Assembly: GCA_029210695.1 (NCBI GenBank)
Contig: JARGFH010000015.1
Span: 1 to 63,399, forward strand
Reading direction: 5' to 3'
DNA: 63,399 nucleotides
Source of the DNA: Acidimicrobiia bacterium
GTDB lineage: Bacteria; Actinomycetota; Acidimicrobiia; Spongiisociales; JAHEDJ01
Of this stretch, positions 49,326 through 59,921 are shown piece by piece. The position numbers were made by a program, and so were the translations under genes. Positions within the stretch are counted from its first letter, which is position 1, and every line of letters starts with the position of its first letter. Below the pieces are notes generated by a model. The model searched no databases, was not told the origin of the DNA, and worked only from the letters and a program-made list of their open reading frames with translations.

Positions 49326-50840
49326 ATGCACGTGACGATCGACGGCGGACCTCTTTCGATTGACGAAGTGGTGGCGGTTGCGCAAGGCCGCGCCGAGGCA
49401 GTCCTCCATCACGAGGTCCGGGCCCGAATGCTTCCTGCCCGCGACGTCGTTGAGAAGGCAGTGGCCGAGGATCGGACGCTGTACGGAGTCACGACCGGCT
49501 TTGGTGCTCTCGCCTCCAAGCGGATAGACCCGGCCGAAGCCGAGGATCTCCAGGTTCGGCTGCTTCGCTCGCACGCCGCCGGTGTCGGCGATCCACTTCC
49601 CGATGAGCTCGTTCGATCCATGTTGCTCCTGCGGGCCAGGACGCTGGCCCAGGGCCACTCTGGTGTGCGCCCTGTCATCGTCGAGCGCTACATCGAGTTC
49701 CTGAGGGAAGGCCTGTTGCCGGTTGTGCCATCTCAAGGATCGGTGGGAGCGTCCGGTGACCTCGCTCCGTTCGCTCACCTGGCCCTCCCGATCATCGGCG
49801 AGGGCTACCTCAAAGATGGCGATCAGATCGAGCCGGCCGCTCGCGTGCTGGCGAGACACGGCTTGGCGCCGATCCGGCTCCGCGCCAAGGAGGGCCTCAG
49901 CCTTCTGAACGGCACCGAGGGCATGCTGTCGTTGGGTGTGCTGGGCCTCCATCGAGCCCGTCTCCTGGCACTCGCCGCCGATCTGGGAGCGGCGCTCTCC
50001 ATCGAGGCATTGAAGGGGAGCTCCCGTCCGTTCCGGCCCGAGGTCCATGCCCTGCGCCCGCACCCGGGCCAGATCGCCTCGGCGGCACGGATTGCGGGGC
50101 TGCTGGAGGGATCCGGCATCGGGCGGAGCCATCAGGACGATTTCGTGCATGCTGTGCAGGATGCCTACAGCCTTCGTTGTGCGCCGCAGGTGCACGGGGC
50201 GGTGTGGGACACCCTCGACCACGCCGGGGAAGTGTTCGGTCGCGAGTTGGGCGCGGTCGTCGACAATCCGATTGTGTTTCCCGAGACGGGCGAGTTGATC
50301 TCAGCGGGGAACTTCCACGGCCAGCCGCTGGCGTTTGCTCTCGACTTCCTCACGATTGCAGTGACGGAACTCGCCAACATCTCAGAACGGCGCACCGACC
50401 GGATGCTCGATCCCGAGCGTTCGTCCGGTCTACCGGCGTTCCTCTCGCCCCGACCCGGCCTCAACTCGGGGTACATGCTGCTCCAGTACACCGCCGCCGC
50501 CCTCGTGGCAGAGAGCCGCGTGCTGAGCCATCCCGCCTCGGTAGAGTCCATTCCCACCTCCGGCAGTCAGGAAGATCACGTGTCGATGGGCTGGGGTGCC
50601 GGTCGCAAGCTCTGGCAGGTGCTCGACAACATCAGCCGGGTCCTGGCGGTTGAGATCCTCTGCGCGGTGCAGGGCATCGAGTATCGCCGGCCACTCGAAC
50701 CGTCCGCCCGGGTGGCGGTCGTCGTCCGGAAGGTCCGTGAGGTAGTTCCAACCCTCGAGGATGATCGGGTGCTGTCGGATGAGATCGAGGCGGTTGCAGC
50801 CATGATCGAGCGCGGCGACCTCACCCGCAATCTTGCGTGA
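49326..50840 (+). CDS. hutH: Histidine ammonia-lyase
   Basis: YGVTTGFG, MIO motif GASGDL, QDAYSLRC and GNFHG. Confidence 0.96.
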   Translation: MHVTIDGGPLSIDEVVAVAQGRAEAVLHHEVRARMLPARDVVEKAVAEDRTLYGVTTGFGALASKRIDPAEAEDLQVRLLRSHAAGVGDPLPDELVRSMLLLRARTLAQGHSGVRPVIVERYIEFLREGLLPVVPSQGSVGASGDLAPFAHLALPIIGEGYLKDGDQIEPAARVLARHGLAPIRLRAKEGLSLLNGTEGMLSLGVLGLHRARLLALAADLGAALSIEALKGSSRPFRPEVHALRPHPGQIASAARIAGLLEGSGIGRSHQDDFVHAVQDAYSLRCAPQVHGAVWDTLDHAGEVFGRELGAVVDNPIVFPETGELISAGNFHGQPLAFALDFLTIAVTELANISERRTDRMLDPERSSGLPAFLSPRPGLNSGYMLLQYTAAALVAESRVLSHPASVESIPTSGSQEDHVSMGWGAGRKLWQVLDNISRVLAVEILCAVQGIEYRRPLEPSARVAVVVRKVREVVPTLEDDRVLSDEIEAVAAMIERGDLTRNLA

Positions 50841-50848
50841 CAATCGGG

Positions 50849-52053
50849 CTTGAGTTCAGGTGGTGAGCGCGACGGGGTGTCCTCATGGAGGTGAGGTATG
50901 GTCCGTCCGAAGACTCCTTGGCGTGTGGCGCGTGTTGCGCTGCTGGCGGTTGCCCGGGGGGCGACCATTGGGGATGCTGCTGTGGTGGCGGGGATCAGTC
51001 CACGCACGGTGGACAGTCTGGTCGATGAACATGGCCGGATGTGTTTTCGTGATAGAACCCGCGGGTTTGACGCGTTGACCCTCGCTGATCGTGAAGAGAT
51101 CCGTGTCGGGATCGATCGCAGAGAGTCCAACGAACAGATCGGGAAGCGAATCGGGCGACACCGTTCAACGGTGTGGCACGAGATCAAGGTCAACGGGGGC
51201 CGTGACGTGTATCGGGCGTTCGCCGCCGAAGAGCGTGTCTGTGATGCGGCGTTGCGTCCCCGCCAAGGCTGGACCGAGACCCGTCCCGAGCTGTGGGAAG
51301 AAATCAAAGACCGGCTGCGCGACTATTGGTCGCCGCAGCAGATCGCTGCGACGCTTCGCAAAGATCACCCCGACGATGAACAATGGTGGGTGTCGCACGA
51401 GTCGATCTATCACGCCATCTACGTCCAGGCCAAGGGCGAGCTGCGTAAGGAACTGGCTGCCTGCCTGCGTTCTGGCCGGTCGAAGCGGCAGCCGCAGAGC
51501 CGGATCAACACCGGGCAGGGCAGGATCAAAGACATGGTCAACATCTCGCAACGCCCTCCAGAGGCCGACGACCGTGCGGTTCCGGGCCATTGGGAAGGCG
51601 ACCTGATCATCGGTGAGGCCGGCAGGTCCCAGGTCGGCACCGTCGTCGAACGCTCCACCCGTTACGGGCAGCTCATCAAACTCGCCGACCGCACCGCACC
51701 ACACGTCGCCGACAGGCTCGTCGACATCATGGGGCGGCTCCCTGACCGGCTCGCCCGTTCACTGGCCTGGGACCAAGGCGGCGAACTCGCCCACCATGCG
51801 TCGTTCACCGTCGCGACCGATATCGACGTCTACTTCTGCGATCCCCACTCGCCATGGCAAAGAGGCAGCAACGAGAACTGGAACGGCCTCGTCCGCCAGT
51901 GGCTCCCCAAAGGCACCGACCTCTCCGTCTACACCCAAAACGAACTCGACGAGATCTCAAGACTGTTGAACACACGACCCAGAAAAACGCTCGGATGGGA
52001 CACCCCAGCCGAGCGATTCAACCAACTCGTCGCGCAGACCATTTGAAACCGCC
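50849..52053 (+). mobile_element. IS30-family insertion sequence
   Basis: Imperfect ~27-bp inverted repeats (50849-50875 and 52027-52053) flanked by GGG on both sides; transposase inside. Confidence 0.88.
50898..52046 (+). CDS. IS30-family transposase
   Basis: WSPQQIA, SHESIY, GHWEGDL, WDQGGE and [14 protein letters not shown] triad intact. Confidence 0.96.
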   Translation: MVRPKTPWRVARVALLAVARGATIGDAAVVAGISPRTVDSLVDEHGRMCFRDRTRGFDALTLADREEIRVGIDRRESNEQIGKRIGRHRSTVWHEIKVNGGRDVYRAFAAEERVCDAALRPRQGWTETRPELWEEIKDRLRDYWSPQQIAATLRKDHPDDEQWWVSHESIYHAIYVQAKGELRKELAACLRSGRSKRQPQSRINTGQGRIKDMVNISQRPPEADDRAVPGHWEGDLIIGEAGRSQVGTVVERSTRYGQLIKLADRTAPHVADRLVDIMGRLPDRLARSLAWDQGGELAHHASFTVATDIDVYFCDPHSPWQRGSNENWNGLVRQWLPKGTDLSVYTQNELDEISRLLNTRPRKTLGWDTPAERFNQLVAQTI

Positions 52054-52136
52054 GGGCGCACGGCGCGCCAAACTCACGCAAGAACGGTGCTGGAGTGTTC
52101 GCTAGAGTGCCGGAGCCGATTCCGAAGGGAGGCACT

Positions 52137-53147
52137 ATGCCAACTCCAGCGCACGAGACCGCCCCCTTCGGCGCGGTATTTGCCGACAAGATGGCACTCA
52201 GCAGATGGGACGGAGAACACTTCGAGGAGCCGCGGCTCGAACCGGTCGCCCCGCTCCCGATCCACCCTGCCGCCCATGTGCTCCACTACTCGAGTTCTGT
52301 GTTCGAGGGTCTCAAGGCCCATCGCGGTGTCAAGGGCGATCTGCGTCTGTTTCGTCTCGACCGGCATATCGAGCGGATGCAAGCCAGTGCCCGGTTGCTC
52401 TACCTTCCACCTCCGGACGGGCCGCTCCTGGAGCGCATGATTATCGCGGTGGTCGATGCGGCCAGGGAGGCCATTCCCGAACCGCCTGGTTCCCTCTATC
52501 TGCGCCCGACCCTGGTGGGCACCGAGGCCAACGTCGGAGCCGCCGCCTCGCCCAGCAAGGAGGCGTTGCTCTATGTGCTCGGCTCGCCGGTCGGCGACTA
52601 CTTCTCCGGGGGGATCCGTCCGCTCAAGGTGGTGGTAGAGGCGCACCGTCCCCGGTCGACACCATCCTTCGGCATGGCCAAGACCGGCGCCAATTACGCG
52701 TCCGCCCTGGGGCTCATCATGGAGGCCAAACACACACACGCCGCAGACCAGGTCTTGTTCGCTCCCGGCGGCGATGTGCAGGAGACCGGCGCCGCCAACT
52801 TCATTCTGCTCGACGACGACCGTGTGCTGACCAAATCCCTCGACCCATCCTTCTTGCCCGGCGTTACCCGTGATTCCGTTCTCGTCATAGCTCGAGACCT
52901 CGGCTACGAGGTGATCGAGGCCGACTTCACCATCGACGAAATGCTGGAGTTCGCCGAGCGCGGCGAGGCCGCTCTCTCGGGCACGGCTGCTGTGCTGGCC
53001 GGCGTCGGCACCATCCTGCACGCGGGCAAGGAGCACAAGGTAGGGAGCGGGGAAGTCGGGCCGAACACCCTGCGCCTTCGTGCCGCCCTCACTGCTCTCC
53101 AGACAGGCGTGGCGCCCGATATCCACGGTTGGATCCGCACGGTCTAG
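52137..53147 (+). CDS. ilvE: Branched-chain amino acid aminotransferase
   Basis: LHY...[25 protein letters not shown] and GTAA; SD GGGAGG. Confidence 0.92.
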   Translation: MPTPAHETAPFGAVFADKMALSRWDGEHFEEPRLEPVAPLPIHPAAHVLHYSSSVFEGLKAHRGVKGDLRLFRLDRHIERMQASARLLYLPPPDGPLLERMIIAVVDAAREAIPEPPGSLYLRPTLVGTEANVGAAASPSKEALLYVLGSPVGDYFSGGIRPLKVVVEAHRPRSTPSFGMAKTGANYASALGLIMEAKHTHAADQVLFAPGGDVQETGAANFILLDDDRVLTKSLDPSFLPGVTRDSVLVIARDLGYEVIEADFTIDEMLEFAERGEAALSGTAAVLAGVGTILHAGKEHKVGSGEVGPNTLRLRAALTALQTGVAPDIHGWIRTV

Positions 53148-53211
53148 CTCGTCCGGCGGTCGATTGTCTATCCCTCCGAGTAGCGTGAGGGTGAGCAATC
53201 GAGAGGCTGAC

Positions 53212-54870
53212 ATGAGCGGGCCACGCGCCATCCGGGCTCCACGCGGAACCGACCTGTCGACCAAGGGCTGGCTACAGGAAGCCGCCCTGCGGTCGCTGAT
53301 GAACAACCTCGACCCGGAGGTAGCCGAGAACCCGGATGAACTCGTCGTGTATGGAGGTCGGGGCAAGGCAGCCCGCAACTGGGATGCTTTCGACGCCATA
53401 GTGCGCACGCTTCGCTCGCTTGAGAACGATGAGACGATGCTGGTTCAGTCGGGGAAACCGGTCGGAGTGTTTCGCACCCACGAGATGGCACCGCGAGTGC
53501 TGATCGCCAACAGCCTGCTCGTTCCCGATTGGGCCGACTGGGAGCACTTCTGGGATCTCGAAGCGGCCGGCCTCATGATGTACGGCCAGATGACGGCAGG
53601 GTCGTGGATCTACATAGGCACGCAGGGAATCCTCCAGGGAACGTATCAGACGTTTCTGGCGATCGCCGAGAAGCGTTTTGGAGGTTCGCTGAAAGGCACC
53701 CTCACTCTCACGGCGGGGCTCGGTGGGATGGGCGGTGCACAGCCGCTGGCCGTCACCATGAATGACGGTGTCGTGTTGTGCGTCGAGGTCGATCCGATCC
53801 GAATCCAGCGGCGGATCGAGACCGGATATCTCGATGTGGCCGCCGGATCGCTCGACGAGGCGATGGCCCTGTGCGAGTCGGCTGTACGCGAGAAGAGGAA
53901 GCTCTCGGTCGGCATCGAGGGAAATGCTGCTGACGTATTTCCTGAGCTCCTTCGGCGCGACATCGCATTCGACATCGTCACCGATCAAACCTCCGCCCAC
54001 GATCCGCTCAACGGGTACATTCCCCGCGGCTACGACCTGGAGACGGCTGCCAAGCTCAGGAGCGACGATCGGGATCGTTACATCGCCGAGGCCAGGGACT
54101 CGATGGCGCGTCACTGCGGGGCGATGGTCGGATTCCTGGAACGCGGCTCAGAGGTGTTCGATTACGGCAATAACCTGCGCGGCGAGGCGAAGTTGGGCGG
54201 CTTCGAGAACGCGTTCGCCTACCCCGGTTTTGTGCCCGCCTACATTCGCGATCTGTTCTGCGAGGGGATGGGCCCGTTCCGCTGGATAGCGCTGTCCGGG
54301 GACCCGGCCGACATCGCCGCCACCGACCAGGCACTGATCGACCTGTTCCCCGAGAACCGCGGCTTGCATCGCTGGATCGAGATGGCTCGCCAGCGGGTCC
54401 ACTTTCAGGGACTCCCCGCCCGGATCTGCTGGCTCGGCTACGGCGAGCGGGACAGGGCGGGTCTCGCCTTCAACGAACTGGTTCGCACGGGGAAGGTGGC
54501 CGCTCCGGTTGTCATAGGGCGCGATCACCTCGATTCCGGCTCGGTGGCCTCCCCGTATCGGGAGACCGAGGCGATGGCCGACGGATCCGATGCCGTGGCC
54601 GATTGGCCGATTCTGAATGCTCTACTCAACACGGCGTCCGGGGCCGCCTGGGTGGCGGTTCACCATGGTGGTGGGGTTGGAATGGGAAAGTCCATCCATG
54701 CCGGGGCGCAGGTGGTGGCCGACGGCACCGAGGAAGGCGCGCTACGACTCAGCCGCGTCCTCACCAATGATCCGGGGACCGGAGTCATGCGTCACGTGGA
54801 TGCCGGCTACCAGCGGGCGAAGGACGTTGCCAAAGAGCGGGGCGTCGGTATCCCGATGCTCGAGGGATAG
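53212..54870 (+). CDS. hutU: Urocanate hydratase
   Basis: [29 protein letters not shown] and GRDHLD. Confidence 0.97.
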   Translation: MSGPRAIRAPRGTDLSTKGWLQEAALRSLMNNLDPEVAENPDELVVYGGRGKAARNWDAFDAIVRTLRSLENDETMLVQSGKPVGVFRTHEMAPRVLIANSLLVPDWADWEHFWDLEAAGLMMYGQMTAGSWIYIGTQGILQGTYQTFLAIAEKRFGGSLKGTLTLTAGLGGMGGAQPLAVTMNDGVVLCVEVDPIRIQRRIETGYLDVAAGSLDEAMALCESAVREKRKLSVGIEGNAADVFPELLRRDIAFDIVTDQTSAHDPLNGYIPRGYDLETAAKLRSDDRDRYIAEARDSMARHCGAMVGFLERGSEVFDYGNNLRGEAKLGGFENAFAYPGFVPAYIRDLFCEGMGPFRWIALSGDPADIAATDQALIDLFPENRGLHRWIEMARQRVHFQGLPARICWLGYGERDRAGLAFNELVRTGKVAAPVVIGRDHLDSGSVASPYRETEAMADGSDAVADWPILNALLNTASGAAWVAVHHGGGVGMGKSIHAGAQVVADGTEEGALRLSRVLTNDPGTGVMRHVDAGYQRAKDVAKERGVGIPMLEG

Positions 54871-54873
54871 ACC

Positions 54874-56220
54874 TTGGCACGCCGCGTTTGTAGCTTCTGC
54901 GAGAAGCCCGAAGACGAGGTAGCCCATCTCCTCGCCGGACCCAGTGGTGTCGCCATCTGCGATGAGTGCGCCGAACTGGCAGTGGAGATCACCGGTGACC
55001 ATGCGTTCGAGCAGACCTCGGGCGATCTCCTCATTACCGGCATCGATCGCATCATCACCAACGACCCACGGCTCGACGGGCCCATTGGGGAGGGCGCCAT
55101 TGCCGTCCGCAACGGGCGGATCACGTGGATCGGCCGGGAGCAAGACCTTCCATCGAGATATCGCGAGATAGTCACCCTCGAGTGCGGAGGTCGAACGGTC
55201 TTGCCCGGCTTTGTGGATGCCCACACCCATCTGGTGTTCGACGGGGACCGGGCGGATGAGTTCGGTCAACGTATGCGGGGGGCGAGCTACAAAACGATCA
55301 TGGCGGCCGGCGGCGGTATCCAGGCGACGGTCAGGGCGACCAGGGCAGCCGGGCCGGATCGTCTGCTCGAGGTGTCGATGGCACGAGCCGATCGGATGCT
55401 GTCGCTCGGTACGACCACGGTCGAGATCAAGTCCGGATACGGACTCGAGACGCTCACCGAGCGTCACATACTGGAGGTAGCTGCCGAGATCGGGAGCCGC
55501 CTGCCGCTCGACGTGGTGTCTACGTTCCTCGGAGCTCACGCCGTTCCGGATGAATACCGGTCGGATCGGGACGCCTACCTGTGGCTGATCGAGGAGGAGA
55601 TGCTGCCCGCGGTTGCCTCCATCGCCGAGTACTGCGATGTGTTCTGTGATGCCGGGGTATTTTCTGTCGACGAGGCGCGCCGGGTGTTGGCGGCCGGGCG
55701 CAGGCACGGATTGCGTCCGCGGCTCCACGCCAATCAGCTCGGCGACACGGGCGGGCTCGAACTGGCGGTCGAGGTCGGTGCTGTTTCGGCCGACCACCTC
55801 GAGCACGTCTCTGAACGCCAGGCTTCCTATCTGGCAGATGCCGGTGTCATCGCGGTGCTCCTCCCTGCGGCCTCGCTCTCGTTGCAGTCCGCTCAGGCTC
55901 CGGCCCGGTTGTTGCGAGATGCAGGGGTGACGGTCGCCCTGGCGACGGACTGCAACCCGGGAACGTCGAATGTTGAGTCGATGCAGTTCGTCGTTGCCCT
56001 GGGCGCCATGGAAATGGGTTTGACGGTGGAGGAGTCGATCTGGGCGGCCACCCGCGGCGGAGCTCTGGCCGTCGAAGAACCAGACAAGGGATGGCTGCGG
56101 GTAGGTGCAGTGGCCGACCTGCACGTGCTCGATACGGACAACTATCTCGATCTCGCCTACCGGCCGGATCGGCCCTGCACCTGGAAGGTGGTCAAAGACG
56201 GCCGGGTCGTCGTCGGATAG
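54874..56220 (+). CDS. hutI: Imidazolonepropionase with an N-terminal ClpX-type C4 zinc finger
   Basis: CSFC...AGP...ICDEC followed by PGFVDAHTH, EIKSGYG, SADHLE and ATDCNPG. Confidence 0.92.
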   Translation: MARRVCSFCEKPEDEVAHLLAGPSGVAICDECAELAVEITGDHAFEQTSGDLLITGIDRIITNDPRLDGPIGEGAIAVRNGRITWIGREQDLPSRYREIVTLECGGRTVLPGFVDAHTHLVFDGDRADEFGQRMRGASYKTIMAAGGGIQATVRATRAAGPDRLLEVSMARADRMLSLGTTTVEIKSGYGLETLTERHILEVAAEIGSRLPLDVVSTFLGAHAVPDEYRSDRDAYLWLIEEEMLPAVASIAEYCDVFCDAGVFSVDEARRVLAAGRRHGLRPRLHANQLGDTGGLELAVEVGAVSADHLEHVSERQASYLADAGVIAVLLPAASLSLQSAQAPARLLRDAGVTVALATDCNPGTSNVESMQFVVALGAMEMGLTVEESIWAATRGGALAVEEPDKGWLRVGAVADLHVLDTDNYLDLAYRPDRPCTWKVVKDGRVVVG

Positions 56221-56285
56221 CCAGTCCACATCCGACCGGGTAGCAGGCATGAGGTATCGCCGTTAGCTTTTATGCTCTGGGCACC

Positions 56286-57068
56286 ATGAAACCGTTCTTC
56301 AGTCACGAGTATCCGATTGCGATGGCGCACCGTGGCAGCCGCCTGCTGTGGCCCGAGAACACGATGACCGCCTTCCAGGGTGCCGTCGATCTGGGGTTTC
56401 GATACCTCGAAACGGACCTTCACACCACTGCGGACGGGATCCTCGTGTGCTTCCACGACGACACCCTCGAACGCACGACCGATGCCACCGGGCTCATCAC
56501 CGACCGCACCTTCGCTGAGGTGCAGAGACTGGACGCCGGATTCCGCCATGAACCGTTGAAGGGGTTCCCCTTCCGCGGCAGGGGAGTGACCGTGCCGGCG
56601 TTGGAAGACGTGCTGACCGCCTTTCCGCATGCTCTGTTCACGCTCGACCTCAAGCAATCCGGGATTGAGCACATCGTCGTTGAGATGATCAATCGTCTCC
56701 GGCTTCACGATCGCGTCATCGTTGGATCGTTCAAGGATCTGCGCATCGCCCGGTTCCGGAAAATGGCGGGCCGGTCCGTCGCCACCTCGGCAGGACCATG
56801 GGAGACGAGAGCTCTCTGGGCGGGCGCCCGCCTCGGCCGATCGCTGCGCATCCCGGCCGACGCGCTACAGGTGCCGGTCTCATACGGACGGACCACCGTC
56901 GTCGACGCCAGGTTCGTGCACGCGGCCCACGAAGCAGGCAAGCAGGTTCACGTCTGGACGGTGAATGAACCCGACGAGATGCGCTATCTCCTCGACCTCG
57001 GCGTCGACGCCCTCATCTCGGATCGCGTCGACATCGTGCACCAGGTCATGCGGGATCACCTTCAGTAG
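56286..57068 (+). CDS. Glycerophosphodiester phosphodiesterase
   Basis: AHRG...PENT, ETD, HD..L.RTT, VWTVN and GVDALISD. Confidence 0.92.
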   Translation: MKPFFSHEYPIAMAHRGSRLLWPENTMTAFQGAVDLGFRYLETDLHTTADGILVCFHDDTLERTTDATGLITDRTFAEVQRLDAGFRHEPLKGFPFRGRGVTVPALEDVLTAFPHALFTLDLKQSGIEHIVVEMINRLRLHDRVIVGSFKDLRIARFRKMAGRSVATSAGPWETRALWAGARLGRSLRIPADALQVPVSYGRTTVVDARFVHAAHEAGKQVHVWTVNEPDEMRYLLDLGVDALISDRVDIVHQVMRDHLQ

Positions 57069-57075
57069 CGATGGA

Positions 57076-57126
57076 GCCCCTACCCCTCGCCTGTCGGCGA
57101 GCGGTACTTCCCCTCAAGGGGGGACC
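57076..57126. repeat. G/C-run two-hairpin REP-like element
   Basis: Its reverse complement resembles 6695-6748. Confidence 0.6.
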
Positions 57127-57157
57127 GGACCCGCGACTAGCGACCCGCGACTCGCAA

Positions 57158-57763
57158 CTATCGAGCCCTCGGTCGGTGAGACGGGCGCCTCGACTCGAAG
57201 GCGTCGATCAGGTCGGCTTGCTGGAGGGTGATTCCGATGTCGTCGAGACCCTCGCGCATGCGACGCCGCACGAAGGGGTCCAGTTCGAACTCGGCGGTCA
57301 GTCCCGGCGCTTCGACGACCAGGTCGGCGAGGTCGATGGTCACGATCGCCTTCGGGTCTTCAGCCGCCAGATCGAGCAGGTACTGAACCTCTTTCTCGGT
57401 GAGCACAACCGGGAGCAGGCCCACCTTCGTGCAGTTCGTGAAGAAGATCTCTGCGAAGGAGGGGGCGATGATCGCTTCGAATCCCCAGCCCTCCAGGCTC
57501 CAGGGGGCGTGTTCGCGCGAGGACCCGGAACCGAAGTTCGGGCCGGTGACGAGCACCGGGGCCGAGGCGTACTCCGGTTTGTTCAGGACGAAATCCGGAT
57601 CGAGTTCCCCATCGGCAGTTCGACGCCAGTCCCAGAACAGGAACTCCCCGTAGCCGGTGCGCTCGATGCGTTTGAGGAACTGCTTGGGGATGATCTGGTC
57701 GGTGTCGATATTCGCTCTCGGCAAGGGCGCCATGGTCCCGGTGATTCGTTCAACGGCGCGCAT
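57158..57763 (-). CDS. leuD: 3-isopropylmalate dehydratase small subunit
   Basis: NIDTDQIIPKQFL and NFGSGSSREHA. Confidence 0.96.
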   Translation of the reverse strand: MRAVERITGTMAPLPRANIDTDQIIPKQFLKRIERTGYGEFLFWDWRRTADGELDPDFVLNKPEYASAPVLVTGPNFGSGSSREHAPWSLEGWGFEAIIAPSFAEIFFTNCTKVGLLPVVLTEKEVQYLLDLAAEDPKAIVTIDLADLVVEAPGLTAEFELDPFVRRRMREGLDDIGITLQQADLIDAFESRRPSHRPRAR

Positions 57764-57764
57764 C

Positions 57765-59168
57765 TCAACCCTCCCAGGTCCGCACATCGACAAATCGGCC
57801 GGCGATTGCGGCGGCGGCCGCCATTTCCGGACTCACCAGGTGGGTTCGCCCGTCTTTGCCCTGGCGCCCTTCGAAGTTCCGGTTTGAGGTCGAAGCGCAC
57901 CGATCGTACGGATCGAGGATGTCCGGATTCATTCCGAGGCACATCGAGCACCCGGCGTCGCGCCACTCGAATCCGGCTTCCGTGAAGATCCGGTCGAGCC
58001 CCTCCCGTTCCGCCTGGAGCTTCACCAATCCAGAGCCGGGTACGACGATGGCCGTGACCGTCGGCGCAACGTGCCGGCCGTCGACAACGGCCGCCGCCGC
58101 TCGCAGGTCCTCGATCCTGCCGTTCGTACAGGACCCAACAAATACCTTGTTGATATCGATCCCGGCGATCGGCGTTCCTGGTTCGAGTCCCATGTATTGC
58201 AGAGCGCGCTTCGTCGAATCCCGATCGTTGGCTTCCTCGAAGTCATCCGGCGACGGGATCATTGCCGTGACCGGCAGCGTCTGGCCGGGGTTGGTGCCCC
58301 ACGAAACGTACGGCTCGAGGTCCCCGGCTTCGATGAAGATCTCAGTGCGGAAGTCGGCCCCCTCGTCGGTGTGCAACCCTCGCCAGTCGGCGACAGCCGT
58401 CTCCCAGTCGTCGCCGGCCGGCGCGCCGGGACGCCCCTTCAGATAGGCGAAGGTGGTCTCGTCCGGGGCAACCATCCCCGCCCGGGCACCTGCCTCGATC
58501 GACATGTTGCAGATCGTCATGCGACCCTCCATCGAAAGGGCGCGAATCGTCGAACCCCGATATTCGACGACATGTCCGGTGGCTCCGGCCGTCCCGATCC
58601 GGGCAATGATGCCGAGGATGATGTCTTTGGCCGTGACGCCTTTGGGTAGGTCTCCGTCGACGTTGATCGCCATCGCCCCCGGCTTCGACTGGGGAAGGGT
58701 CTGGGTGGCGAGCACGTGCTCGACCTCCGAGGTACCGATGCCGAAGGCGAGTGCTCCAAAGGCGCCGTGGGTGGCCGTGTGTGAGTCACCACACACGATC
58801 GTCATGCCGGGTTGTGTAACGCCCTGCTCGGGCCCGATGACGTGAACGATCCCCTGCCTGGGGTCGTCGAGTCCGTACAGCGTGACGCCGAACTCGGCGC
58901 AGTTGTCGATCAAGGCCTCGATTTGCCGTTTAGAGAGAGGATCTGTGATGCCGAACCGGCGGCCGGTGGTTGGTACGCCGTGATCGATGGTGGCCAGCGT
59001 GAGGTCCGGACGCCGGACCGGGCGGCCCGCCAGGCGCAGCCCGTCGAATGCTTGCGGAGAGGTGACTTCGTGAACGAGGTGGAGATCGATGTAGAGGAGA
59101 TCCGGTTCGCCGGGCGCCGCGTGTACGACGTGGTCGTCCCAGACCTTGTCGAAGAGGGTTCTCGTCAT
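57765..59168 (-). CDS. leuC: 3-isopropylmalate dehydratase large subunit
   Basis: [25 protein letters not shown] and [10 protein letters not shown]. Confidence 0.97.
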   Translation of the reverse strand: MTRTLFDKVWDDHVVHAAPGEPDLLYIDLHLVHEVTSPQAFDGLRLAGRPVRRPDLTLATIDHGVPTTGRRFGITDPLSKRQIEALIDNCAEFGVTLYGLDDPRQGIVHVIGPEQGVTQPGMTIVCGDSHTATHGAFGALAFGIGTSEVEHVLATQTLPQSKPGAMAINVDGDLPKGVTAKDIILGIIARIGTAGATGHVVEYRGSTIRALSMEGRMTICNMSIEAGARAGMVAPDETTFAYLKGRPGAPAGDDWETAVADWRGLHTDEGADFRTEIFIEAGDLEPYVSWGTNPGQTLPVTAMIPSPDDFEEANDRDSTKRALQYMGLEPGTPIAGIDINKVFVGSCTNGRIEDLRAAAAVVDGRHVAPTVTAIVVPGSGLVKLQAEREGLDRIFTEAGFEWRDAGCSMCLGMNPDILDPYDRCASTSNRNFEGRQGKDGRTHLVSPEMAAAAAIAGRFVDVRTWEG

Positions 59169-59228
59169 CGGTGTCCTTCCGTGAAGGCGATAGCGTAGCC
59201 GCCGCGCTGAACCGCGTCCCGGAGTCCG

Positions 59229-59921
59229 TCACCGATCCGTGCTATCCCCGATCGGTGTCGGTTCGGGCTCTTCGCCGAAGACATGATCGAGCGCTTCGGC
59301 GAGGTCACCGAGCGCGGCGGATCTGGAAGGCGAAGCCACGAGGACCGCCCCGTCCCAATCCGAGCGGCTCAAACGGTGCTGAGCATCCAGCCAGTAGGCA
59401 GCCCGGCGCTCGCCGTCGTGGTATTGGTCGATTCTCCACCATTGTCCGTTGATCGCCTCGTCCCATCCGACCGACACGAGGTGTGAGACATCCGCGACTT
59501 CTCCGGTTCGATCGTCGAGAACGGTGATCGCTTTGAGGTGGCCCGCCTCGAAGGGCACCTTGACCAGGATCGGATAGATGCCGAAACGGGGGACGACCAT
59601 CTCGTCTTCGCAGGGGTACGTAACCGGATCGCCGTCGCCGACCGTGAACGTGTAGGAAGTCCAGATGGATTCGGGTGGAGCGGTGAGGTCCATGCTGGCC
59701 GACCACGAACCGATGAACCCGCCTTCGGCGAGGGCGAACGTGTCGTCGATTCGGAGCGATTCCTCGAGGTGCACGATGCTCCGCCGGCGCGCCCCGATGT
59801 GACGGTCTCGTTGCTCGATGCGCTCCCAGGTCGTTCCTTCATCGAAGGGCGGTGGCACGCGACTGCGGTCCCACCGGTCGGACGCACGACGCCAGACCCT
59901 CGACATCCGGTTCTCCGTCAT
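59229..59921 (-). CDS. Hypothetical protein (230 aa)
   Basis: ATGA overlap with the macro-domain gene stop; coding-like composition. Confidence 0.65.
   Translation of the reverse strand: MTENRMSRVWRRASDRWDRSRVPPPFDEGTTWERIEQRDRHIGARRRSIVHLEESLRIDDTFALAEGGFIGSWSASMDLTAPPESIWTSYTFTVGDGDPVTYPCEDEMVVPRFGIYPILVKVPFEAGHLKAITVLDDRTGEVADVSHLVSVGWDEAINGQWWRIDQYHDGERRAAYWLDAQHRLSRSDWDGAVLVASPSRSAALGDLAEALDHVFGEEPEPTPIGDSTDR

Noticed and set aside
59169..59228. Leu leader peptide or LEU element upstream of leuC
   Set aside because: The spacer is only 60 bp, with no Leu-codon run or terminator.
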